The notes beneath the pieces are model-generated. The model saw nothing but the letters and a program-made list of their open reading frames with translations, ran no database searches and was not told the origin of the DNA. Position numbers and translations under genes: made by a program. 64,000 nt of DNA, from the NCBI RefSeq assembly GCF_009914755.1, contig NC_060929.1; one strand, written 5' to 3'. The stretch comes from the human T2T-CHM13v2.0 reference genome, Homo sapiens. How positions within the stretch are numbered: the stretch's first letter is position 1; every line of letters begins with the position of its first letter. Positions 52,990 to 64,000 of the stretch are shown piece by piece.

Positions 52990-55450
52990 AACTGTTGAAA
53001 AAGTGAGTTGTAGATAAACTGTTCCAACCCAGATGTATATGTGAAGCATTTATTCTTAAGAAATGGTAGCGTCTTAATGTCAGTGAACGTAGATTGTTGT
53101 CAACCTCATGCCTGCAATCTCTGAATCCTCTGAAAAGAGAAGTGCACAAAAAAAGACAAAAATTCTAAAAATCCTGTATACCTACACACACAAGTTAAAC
53201 AATACACAGCTAAAGAAAACACTAATAAACTACAAGATATATTTGACAAAATACACCGAAAAGAAAAGAATGCTATTATATTTCCCATCTCATCAAACTG
53301 AAGTTCAGGCAGAAGACAGTTGAGAAGAGACACTATTTTAATAAATATTAATGAAAAATGATTCAGATTTAAAGAGAAACATAAATTCTCAGATAGCAAG
53401 AAAAAAATATCAAGTCCCTAGAAAGACAAAATAAATCTTTAACTAGATACAGTGTTCTGAAACTATAAGATATCAAAGATTTACAAAGATGTGAAGACAA
53501 TGGAGAGAAATGACAAATTATTTTCAAAGAGACCAATTGAATCGATATCAGATTTCTCATTAGAAACAATAGACGCATAAAGAGAATAAGATGATATTTT
53601 CAAATTCTGGGGAATACAATGATATAACCTAGCTAAACTATTATTTGAAAATATGAGTTAGAGACATAGATATTCATAAATATGAAAAAAATAAATCGTT
53701 GGCCATAGACTCTTATTGAAAGACTTACTAAAAGATGTACTTTAGCAAGAAGAAAGCTGACAAGGAAAGTATGGAAAACAAGAAATGGTGAGCAAAGCAG
53801 TTGATCAAACTTCTAAATACTGAAATTACTAAGAATACTTATAACTACTTTTGGAGTGTTTAAAAACAAAGTGGAACTTAAACACTGAATAATAATTACA
53901 GTAACTAAAGGGGTGGATCTGAAGGAAATGTAATTTATTACATATTCTCAAATCTTTTGGGGGAAGATAGTGATATTAATTAACCTTAGAATTTTTTAGT
54001 TAGAAATAATGTAGGTTAAAAATTTAAAGAAAATAAAACACTAAAACAAGAGAAACAGACTGTTTAATTTCCAAACCAGGGTGAACATTTCTACTAAGAC
54101 AACAGAAAGCAACAAAAGAAAAAAAAATAGGATATTAAGAAAAGCATAGTAAAATTTTTAAAACCTAGAATAAGATGTCGACATATATCCAAATGTTAGT
54201 AATCAAATAAATATAATAAATAATCTTAAGAGAAAGAGACTTCAGATTTGATTTAAAATAAAATAAATAGCTATGTGTTGTTTGCAAATGATAATGCCTT
54301 ACAAAGAGAAGGGGAAAATTAAGGAATGATAACTTACATACTAATCAAAAAAAGCAAATAATACTTTTATCAGAAATATATAGAATTCAGACAAAAGAAT
54401 ATTATAAATGAAGACATTAAGTAAGCTAAAAATAATGTATTTCCCCAGATGATATAATAGCTGTGAACTTGTATGGCAACCAAAATGATCAATATATGAA
54501 GTGAAGTAGGCATAACACTAAGAAGAAACTAAAAAACTTATAATGATAGTTGAGTGTGTTAACCCATCTCTTTTGGAAACAGAGTAGCAGACAAGAATAT
54601 TATAGGAAGATGTGCACATGTACCCCAAAGCTTAAAGTACAATTAAAAAAAAAGAATATTATAGGAAGATGGTGAAAAGGAAGAGGACTAAAAGTGAGTG
54701 GTTGTTGGTAATATCAATTGGTAAGCACATTTTTAAGAACAGTCTAGGAACATTCATTTGAAAGTGCACAAGAAGTATTTCCTAATAATTCTGCTTCTAG
54801 ATATACCACTTAGAAAAATCACTGCACGTCTGTACAAGAGGATATGTCCAAAGATTCCCACGGAAGCATTGCTTTTAGTAGCAAAAATTGGAAACAACCT
54901 AAGTGCTATATGATAGAATGCTATCCAGCAGTTAAAATGAATAAACTTGATTTTTATGTATAATGTGGGAAGAATTTAAAAAATACTTTTCTTGAGAGAC
55001 CTACATATATTTTAGAAAAATCTGCCTATGCATCTTACATAAGTTAAAATACTGTATAATAATTAAAGGTACTGGCAAAAGCCCTGATATGAGAGCTTAT
55101 TCCTGATTCTAAGGAGGTAATTGAAATAGAGGGATGAAGAAGAGAATATCAAAAACATTATTCCTTTCAAGAAAAGAGGAAAAAATATTAAAGCATTCCC
55201 ATTAAAATTAAGAAAGTAAAGGTTCTAATGATCACTGTTTTATTTAATATTGTTTTGGTGGTTCTAGATAATAGAATAAGACACTGTTTGGGATAAACAT
55301 AGTAAAGAAAAAGTTTTGTTTTCAGATATAATTGAATACCGAAGAAAATCAGAAAATTCAACTGAAAACCTATTTAAAGTAAAAAGAAAACTTACTAAGA
55401 TGGCTGCATACAAAAATCAAGAGTTTTCCTTTTATAGTAGTATAACAGGA
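52990..55450 (+). mobile_element. Cluster of ancient L1M fragments (ORF1, start of ORF2, 3' pieces)
   Basis: A-rich L1-like tracts such as 'atcagatttctcattagaaacaatagacgc', 'tatgtgttgtttgcaa', 'gcaaaaattggaaacaacctaagtg' and 'aaagcattcccattaaaat'. Confidence 0.6.
54611..54651 (+). mobile_element. Minimal L1PA 3'-tip insertion
   Basis: 'tgtgcacatgtaccccaaagcttaaagtacaatt' plus an A run, between direct repeats AAGAATATTATAGGAAGATG at 54593-54612 and 54652-54671. Confidence 0.88.
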
Positions 55451-55869
55451 TGTGAAAATGAAAGCTTTGACTGAACTCTGAATTACAGTGTGCTATGAGT
55501 CAGATCAACAAGCTGAAATTTCAAAGAAGGTGTTTGTGAACCTGCTAGATGAATCATCTACATCAAGGATCTAAAACGGTCAGGTGGCTGGTGATTCAAC
55601 AGGATTTGGTGAAGAGGACTGGTTTGGAAAATCTGTGTTCTTAATCCTGTCTTCCATCCCAGAGAAAGGGAGGGGGGATGATTGACCCTTCTTTCTCAAA
55701 TCTAGGGAGAAAGTTTCATGAGGGCTGCTTGCAGAGCTTGATATATGTTTCTTGTAGTCGTGGGGCATTGTGAATTGGTTTCTGATTCATGCCTGTGAAA
55801 TTTGAGACAAAAAGATCATGGCTGGAAGTTTCGTGTGACTAGGTGACTAAGTTCCTTCCAATAAGAAAT

Positions 55870-56130
55870 AATGAATGCAGATGTCTTGTTCTCCTTTTCT
55901 CTCCTTCCTCCTGTTTCTAGTTGGCCCTGGAACAGTGGCCTCCAGGCCTGAGATAATCGAAGCAACTGGAGAAGCTTGAAGGAGTCTGGGTCCCTGATCC
56001 TGACAAAGCCGCTATTCCACCCCTAAACTGGCTACATCTGGATTTTTTTTCTTTGGCATGAGAAAGGAATAAACGATCTTACTAATTTTTAAAGTTAGTG
56101 TTATTTGAGGTTTAGCAGAAGCTAATTCTC
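55870..56130 (+). mobile_element. MLT1 (J/K-like) LTR fragment
   Basis: 'gaaggagtctgggtccctga...ccctaaactggctacatctgga...gagaaaggaataaac'. Confidence 0.6.
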
Positions 56131-56256
56131 TCATTTAATCATTTTTCTTATCCAATCTTCACAATTTGAGAGGTTTGAAGATGAAGAATACGTTTACAGC
56201 TAATTAAGCAGTGGTGGTTGCAAAACATTGAAGTAGCTGTGGAGAAACATTAATGA

Positions 56257-56655
<399 letters not shown>

Positions 56656-56859
56656 TAATTCCTATTTTGCCTACAGGTCATATCTCATTCAGACATTTGG
56701 CCTTAAAGATGCATTGCCTCAAGGGAGTAAGGATCAAAAAATAAATATCTATCATTCTTAGTTTTTAAGTTCCAAAGCTCCAAATGGAGGTTTCAGGTGT
56801 GAAAATTTCATTTGACCTCTTCTCCCTGAAAGTGATCTGAGTCAGAGAAGAGAGTGAAA

Positions 56860-57400
56860 GGACAAGGGTGTCTGAGAAAAGGCTGGCTAAGTCCCACATT
56901 GAGGAGAGGACACAAGGCAGACAGTAGAATGCTTCTGATAATTTTGTGATCTTGGGGTCAATGGAATTTGTGTTCTGTTTCCTGTCTGTAGCCCTGAGAG
57001 TACCCCAGGCCTTTGAGGACTAGACACTAGAAGACGGATGGTTGATGCAAATGTCCAAGACAGAAGTGGGTTTGGCATACCTACTGGGTTTCCTGGGCCT
57101 TCAGAGTTGTATGGAAGAACTGAAAAATTTCCTCATGTTTCCCAGGACAGCTGTGGAAATGAAGACAGAACGAGCAAGACAGCAAGAGAGAACTGTTGGG
57201 CACTGAAATCTAGAAGTTATGAAAAGAGGCTACCTCTGGGGACAGTTATGTAGATCAAATTTAGAGATTAATCATGGCTTAGGACCAGAAAGAACTCTAT
57301 GTTTCAATTATGAATTATGACCAAGTAGGCAGAAGCTATCAGGCAGTGACCAGATGACCCCCTCAAGTTTTCTGGGTACAAAGAAAGTGTACTTGAAATG
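56860..57400 (+). mobile_element. Probable ancient LTR (MamGyp/LTR78-85 class)
   Basis: GA-rich, moderately GC-rich block with 'cagtgaccagatgacc'. Family assignment is tentative. Confidence 0.3.
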
Positions 57401-58643
57401 AAAATTAAGAACTTGTAAAAATTGTGTATATTTAACTTTTGAATTAATGGCCTGAAAAAATTATACCATTATGTGTGAATAACTAATAAAGTAGAAGTTT
57501 GAAGATGCAAGCATGAAAGGCAAATAACAGAGCACATTTCAGAGAAAACAGAGATTATAATTTTATGGAGAGGGATATGTAGTCTTGACCAAAAGGGATA
57601 CTTCTTTTTCAGAAACAAGATCAAAATTAGATTTTTTAAATTGAAAGTTTAAATCATATAAACTTTGCCTATTAAGTAAGGGGGAAAAAATCCTCATCTG
57701 TTTATAATTTTAAAAAATGGGATGCTTTTGGGAAGTTTCTTTTTTTCCTATGGGTTTCACATTCCTGCAAGTAGCATCAGGTAGATGAATATTTAGAACC
57801 AATTTCAAGAAGCAAAAATTAAGTCTTAGAGAACTATATTTAATTTCAAGTACAGTAGTCTTTAGAGTATTTGGTACATTAAAGAACGGAAAATGTTAGT
57901 TCCACTTACTACTTAAATTTTAATAGATTTTATTTTGATTATTATTTTTTGTTTGTTTCTAAGAGTCAGCGTAACCCAATCATTTCACTTTTCCTCAGGA
58001 TCACCACAAATATCACTCTTTTTCTTTTTCATTTTTTAGAGCTTAATTGCTTCGTTTTGTCTGTTTTGAAACATTTATCCAGATATATTCTAAGAAAGAA
58101 AATATCTGGTTGTGCAGCATTTTTACCTAGAGCATAATTAATCAACTAAATATATTATTTGCCAAATTAATATTTTTTCATACAGTTTATTACCCTAAAG
58201 GAGTAATTTTTGTCAACTTATTCCCCAATCTTCAACTGACTGGAAATCTTTGAAATAAAGATAATAAAGGTAACATATTTCATTAGATAGCACTAAGAGA
58301 AATAATCCTACAAAATCCAAGCTTGCAAGGACTTCTATCATCATTATTTTTTTAAATAACCATTTTTTTTAACTTTTGTGTAACTAAAGTAGGGATCTCA
58401 ACCTGAATACAAAGTTTCAGACCAGTCTGGACAATTAGTGGAATGGAATGTGGAAGCCTGTTGACATCCCAAGTAGGCTGTAAAGTCCTTGTCCAACACT
58501 GAATCTTCATCGCCGACTAGTTTCTCAATAGATGTTTGTTGACTCAATCGGTTAATGGGAGGAGGTATGGATGTATGGATAGATAAAGGAGAGAGAAAGA
58601 ATTTTCCATGAAAGAGGTTGCCAGAATAAAGATAACTAAGAAA

Positions 58644-59078
58644 TATCACTGGTAAGGGGCTACTATCTGGGGCTGGTGGTGTGGGGAAAAGAAGAATTTA
58701 CTGACAGTTGTAGGTGAAGAAAAGTTTATTAGATTAGGTATGAAATTATGTTTCAAGGAAGCAATTGGTAGGCCAGCAAAAAGGAGCTGACTGTAAGGAA
58801 ACAAAGGCTTGCTGGGATTTTATAGGACAGTGCTTGTGCTGTGTGCTGAAGAGGGCTTTGTGCAGTACTGATAATGCCAAGATTGCAGTGAGCTAACTTT
58901 CATTTTTTGCATCATCCCAGATTCTGGTGATAGCTGGGCACAGGAAGACTGTGATTTATTTGTGCAGGAGGGGTATGTGTTTCTAGATCATGAGAAAGGC
59001 ACACATAGTTCTTTTTTCTCTTTTTGCTTTCCCTCAGTCCCACCAGCCCGACTCCTTTTTCCTAATTAGGATTCCACA
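58644..59078 (-). mobile_element. ERV1-class solo LTR, MER66-like
   Basis: The minus strand starts 'tgtggaatcctaattaggaaaaaggagtcgggctgg' and has TATA 'cctataaaatccc' and AATAAA. Flanked by AGAAA at 58639-58643 and 59079-59083. Confidence 0.75.
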
Positions 59079-59505
59079 AGAAAGCTGTTTCTGGATTATC
59101 AGAAGGTGGATCACCCTAATAAACACAGGATCTGCTACTGGTATTTGTTTCCTGTCCTGACTGCATCGAACTCATGTCCAAGGTCAGAGGATATCCAGAG
59201 AACTGTGAAGGACAACTATGAACGTGGTTTCATTAAAACCTCAATAAGACTTGAAACACAAGCAATAATGCTTGTAATCTCAGTTAATGAAAGAGGGAAA
59301 ACCTTCTTCCCCACTTAAAAGCAAAGCATAGGGATTTTCCATACTGTCCCTGAACCAGTGAGTTTATTCCTAACTACTTATAACACATATCCTGGGGCTC
59401 ATAGCAATATTTGAGGAACAGTTTACATGTGGCTATAGCCTGCACTGATAGATGTTGGAAATAGCCAATATTATTTAAATTATCTTCCTAATGTGTCAAA
59501 ATTAT

Positions 59506-59610
59506 AAGGCCAGGACCAGGGATCTGCCCTACTACACCCTCAGAGTAAAGTGCCTTTTTAACTTTTACACTGTGGGCACCTTTCTTGCTTCACCCTAGTT
59601 TTTGGCCTTG
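59506..59610. mobile_element. MER96-like hAT MITE relic
   Basis: Terminal inverted repeats 'aggccaggaccaggg' and 'ccctagtttttggccttg'. Confidence 0.45.
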
Positions 59611-60974
59611 TTTAATTAATACTCATTAGCTAATGACAAATAGAGATCCTAGGTTAAAAAATATTTCACTGTCTTTCATATCCATTGATGAAGCTTCTAG
59701 GATATAAAAAATGGTGAGACTAACAATACTGACCTCAGGTAATTGCTTTCAGTAGAAAATGACTTAATGCATGTGAACTCTGCATCCCCAGATATTATTA
59801 TTTTTCACCCACTTAACTTCCTCAAACCTCAATTGATGTCCTTCTCTAGAAGTAATTACAGAGCTAAAGATGACTGCAGCTAAATCACTGCCCTTGGGAC
59901 TTGGCATTTATTTATAATAAGAGAATATTTTTTCCCTTAGCAGTGGTAATAAGTATACACTGACCAGTCTCCATTCTATTACTTCATTTAATAGCTAAGC
60001 AGGACATTTTTTTAAAAAAGTTTTAAAGCCACTTTAAAATTAGAAAAGCTTTCAAATGGTGTATGACATACACTATACTGACAGGCTAACTGGTATGCTT
60101 TGGAGCACCACTCAGAATAGCTGTAGTTTTATTCCTACAGAAAATGATGTCAAAGAGGCCCAACCTTCGTGAATGTGGGCTGGTGTGGGACCTTCTTTTA
60201 AAAATAGAAGTGTCCTGACTAATCTGTTACACTGGCAACAGATCTAAAGACTATAGGCTGGTACTTGTGAAGATTAGAGAAAATGAAGACACGCAAAGAC
60301 AGATTTGCCTTTCCCATAGTGGCTAAGATAAATCTGTCATTCAGTTAGAACTGCAAAGAAATTTCATTTAGATTTTAACTTTTTGATATCTAATTCACAA
60401 AGGGAATTTGTCTCACTCCAAAAATAACTCTTCAAATATCAAACAACAGAAGAAATGTTTTTTACATTAGAGAAATATTTGAGACTTTTCTGACAATGCC
60501 CTGTGTCCTAGTGGGGGGAAAAGGAGGAAACTTTGTTCTCTAGAGTTTTCCTAACAAACCTCTTCCATTTGTCTCTGTGGAAACAGTCAAATTGCCAGAG
60601 GCAACTTTGCCAACCATATGTTGTCAGAGATGTAACTTTTTTTTAAAGGTTAGATTACATTCTTCCATTTATTTCATTAATCTCTACTGAGGGCTCGTTT
60701 TATACTAAAACTTTTAAATTGTTGGTGAATTTACCGATCTTTTATAAGAACTTGTAAGTATAGAGCTGGGTGTTGAGGAGCTAACAAAAGTACTTTGCCG
60801 AACGGTGGGCATTTACAGCTTCTTTACAGTGTGGGAAAAGGTGTTAACCTAATCTGAGCAAATTCAAGGTGATCTTCTAAGAGTAGAATACCCAACTATT
60901 GAGTGAGGTGGGAGGAAGAGGGCGGAAGGAGGAGGAGGAAATAGATGACTGATCTAAATGAGTTTTGCATTTTA

Positions 60975-61166
60975 TATTGTGCTTGTACCAGCCCTCAGGG
61001 CAAATTGTGTGCATCTTCTCCCAGCTCTGTGCTCAGTGACGCCATGTTGGTAGCTTCAAACAAGACATGGTGGGAGTATTTACACTGCAAAAATAAGCAA
61101 ATGCTACAAATCCTGGCATTTCCTTCTCTGGAGAGCCAGTTGTTAAACGTTTACCAGCTCACCACT
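60975..61166. mobile_element. MER63-like hAT relic
   Basis: 'tcagtgacgccatgttggtagctt...catggtgggagtatttacac...ggagagccagttgttaaacgtttaccagctcaccact'. Confidence 0.8.
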
Positions 61167-62174
61167 CATTAACCTGGAAACTCTCAATGGACACTTTGGC
61201 AAAGAAAAGCAACGTAGTGAAAAAGAAACAAATCACGAGCTAGGATGAAGGTATCAAGGGGGGAAGGAAGAGAGAGAATTGAGGTGGTTAAGATAATCAT
61301 GTAACCACTTAGGTAAGCATGACTATTGGAAAAACACACGTGAGAGTTGAGCCCATTTACTGAGATAGCTATGTCTCTGGTGTAACAGTACTAAAGCGAT
61401 ACCCAGGAGACACTAGAAAGTCAATAGATAGCTTTGCCTGGAGTTCCATGGAATAGCAGGAAGCAGCCCATTTTTAGAGTTAAATAAGAGTTGGGGACAA
61501 AACATAATTAAAATGTGGTATACCATGAGGGCAAAATTAGGTAAATATAGGCACTTTGAATGTAGAATTGAGGAGGAATAAGAGCAAAAAGTGTTTTAAA
61601 CTCAAATCAATTTAATATAACCTATATCAACACAGCTCATAATGACTTCTTCCAGGTTTCTAGAATGTTCCAGGTACTGGATTATATACTGTATATACAT
61701 TACGTGAATTGATATTCATGGTAATCATGTTAAATAAGTGCTAATATTGTCTCATTTTACAAATAAACGAAATGAAAGAGATATTAAGCCACAACCAAAG
61801 TCTAGTCCAGAGCCTAAGCTCTTTACCACCTTAGTATGCTTTGCTACGTCATTCCAGGGCTTGCTAGATAGTTTAAGCAGAGAATTCTGAGGTAAATTTT
61901 ATAACTGAGGAATAATGACTCCTCAGTTCATTGAGATCTCTTGTACCTAAGGAAGATACCAATAAACTTGAATTTCTGTTTTTTGTTCTGTTTTTGTTTT
62001 TTGTGCTAATTGGTATCTCTCTCACAGTACCTTCAACATAGAGCATATATGTCTCATAGATCTATATTATATAAAATAATTATTTCGTTTAAATAACATA
62101 ATATGAAAAGCCCCAATTTACTGTATAGTATCTACATCTGGAAACTTCAGCTGCCTAAATACTTTTCTTTTTCT

Positions 62175-62545
62175 TAAATTTTTTGAAGTATAATATACAC
62201 ATGAAGGACATACTTTGTAAGTGTAAGGCTGGATGAATTTTCACTAAGTGTTCATACTAGTGCAAAAATTGCCTAGAAAAATAGACCATTTTCAAAAACC
62301 CAGGAATTTTTCTCATGTCCCCTTCAGTCTCAGCCCCCAGCAAGTACAACTACTATCCTGATTTCTATCACCAGAGATTAGTTTATACCTATTTTTGAAT
62401 TTATGTAAGTGGAATTATAAAGCATGAATACTGTGTCTGGTGTTTTGTTTGGTAAATACTGTTTCCAAGGTCCATTTATGTTGTCTATAGTTGCAGATCA
62501 TTTTCATTGCTACATAATACTCCATCATTTTCATATATCTAAATT
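62175..62545 (-). mobile_element. Old L1M (ME/MD-type) 3' end
   Basis: 'gatgaattttcac' and 'aactactatcctgatttctatcaccagagattagttta...tttttgaatttatgtaagtggaatta'. Confidence 0.7.
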
Positions 62546-62833
62546 GAAAGTATTATTTATTATAATATCTTATTCTCTTGAACTTTCTATGTTAAGCATT
62601 TTGAGCCTCAGAGGTCTTGAAGGTTAGGAGAATCTCATAAAAAATTTGCCTTGCAAATACACACTAACAAATTAATCTCCACCCTTGTTCAACTTTAACC
62701 TATAACTTGTATACTAAATTCCTAAATCTTTCAACCTTTCTAAGATACTTCAGAGTCATATGACTTTCTTACTACCTATCCCACTTAGAGATCTCAAAGG
62801 CCTATGTAAATTCACAGACATGATCCAAAGTTT

Positions 62834-64000
62834 TGTGTCCGGAATTGGTGGGTTCTTGGTTTCGCTGACTTCAAGAACGAAGCCGCAGACCCTCGCGGTG
62901 AGTGTTACAGTTCTTAAAGATGGTGTGTCCGGAGTTTGTTCCTTAACTTGTTCAGATGTGTCCAGAGTTTCTTCCTTCTGGTGGGTTCGTGGTCTCGCTG
63001 ACATCAGGAGTGAAGCTACAGACCTTCTCGGTGAGTGTTAACAGCTCTTAAAGGCGGCATGTCAGGAGTTCATTCCTTCCAGTGGGTTTGTGGTCTTGCT
63101 GGCTCCAGCAGTAATGCTGCAGACCTTCCCAGTGAGTGTTACAGCCCTTTAAGGCTCTCGCAGACCCAGTGAGCAGCAGCAAGATTTCCTGCAAAGAGCA
63201 AAAGAACAAAGCCTCCCAGCTACCCAAGCAGGTTGCTGCTGCTCACTTGGGCAGCCTGCTTTTATTCCCTTATCTGGTCCCACCCACATCCTGCTGATTG
63301 GTCCATTTTACAGAGAGCTGATTGGTCTGTTTTGACAGAGTGCTGATTGGTGCGTTTACAATCCCTGAGCTAGATACAGAGTGCTGATTGGTGCACTTAC
63401 AATCCTCTAGCTAGATATAAAAGTTCTCCAAGTCCCCACCAGATTAGCTAGATACAGAGTGCTGATTGGTGCATCCACAAACCCTGAGCTAGACACAGAG
63501 TGCTGACTGGTGCATATACAACAATCCTCCAGCTAGACATAAAAGTTCTCCAAGTCCCTACCCCACTCAGGAGCCCAGCTGGCTTCCCCTAATGGATAAC
63601 GCCACGGACCCCGGAGGCCCGTCAGTCTTGTGCCAGCGCCAGTGCGCTGGCACTCCTCAGCCCTTGGGCAGTCGATGGGACTGAGCACCGCGGAGCAAGG
63701 GGTGGCGCTCCTTGGGGAGGCTAGGGCTGCGCGGAGCCCACTGGGGGTGGGGGGGCGGGTTCGGGCATGGCGGGCTGCAGGTCCCGAGCCCTGCCCCATG
63801 GGGAGGCGGCTGAGGCCCAGAGAGAATTCCAGCGTGGCCCGCGGACCCTGCGCACCCTCCGCAGCTGCTGGCGCAGGTGCTAAGCCCCTGCCTGCCCGGG
63901 GTGGAGGCCCCGGCTGGCCGCTCGGAGTGCGGGGCCCACGGAGCCCACACCCACCCGGAACTCGTGCTGGCCCAGGAGCGCCACGCACAGCCGCGGTTCC
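62834..64000 (-). mobile_element. LTR12 (HERV9 LTR, LTR12C/D-like), truncated by the window edge
   Basis: Minus-strand end 'ccaattccggacaca', three U5 repeats 'gtgagtgtta(a)cag', U3 repeats 'gtgctgattggtgc' and a CpG-rich U3 at 63590-64000. Confidence 0.95.
63261..63469 (-). promoter_or_regulatory. LTR12 promoter: five CCAAT (NF-Y) boxes, a GATA site and an AATAAA-type TATA box
   Basis: ATTGG at 63297, 63321, 63346, 63387 and 63465, TTATCT at 63270-63275 and TTTATT at 63261-63266. The promoter fires leftwards into the window. Confidence 0.75.

Noticed and set aside
60283-60300. GACACGCAAA resembling U6 snRNA
   Set aside because: A 10-nt match only, with no flanking U6 sequence. I recognised no tRNA, rRNA or snRNA genes in the window.
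63296-63545. Regularly spaced repeats resembling a CRISPR-like array
   Set aside because: These are the known tandem U3 repeats of LTR12. The spacers are homologous to each other and the DNA is human.
63533-63988. 151-aa Pro/Ala/Gly-rich ORF and apparent CpG island
   Set aside because: Explained by the GC-rich U3 of LTR12.

Overview
AT-rich, repeat-dense, non-coding human genomic DNA. A near-consensus AluYb9, a human-specific subfamily, indicates the species. No intact protein-coding exon is supported: the long ORFs in the track are L1 ORF2 remnants, THE1-internal, Alu or LTR12 artefacts. Repeats: two L1PA insertions (one 5'-inverted), many old L1M/L2/MIR fragments, ten Alus, a full-length THE1D with TSD, solo LTRs (THE1, MER54-like, MLT1, LTR16A-like, MER66-like), hAT DNA-transposon relics, and an LTR12 (HERV9) cut by the right edge. 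The main non-repeat discovery, invisible in the ORF track, is an ancient, internally deleted processed pseudogene of ferritin light chain (FTL) on the minus strand at about 15281-15860, with a decayed iron-responsive element. Also notable: a strong plus-strand polyadenylation site near 8270-8320, a CRE palindrome created inside the AluYb9, two extremely truncated TPRT insertions, and a dense TF-motif cluster near 32.1 kb. I found no evidence for a wholly new biological system and could not identify the locus. Repeat subfamily names and reference sequences come from memory of consensus sequences, and boundaries without TSDs are approximate.
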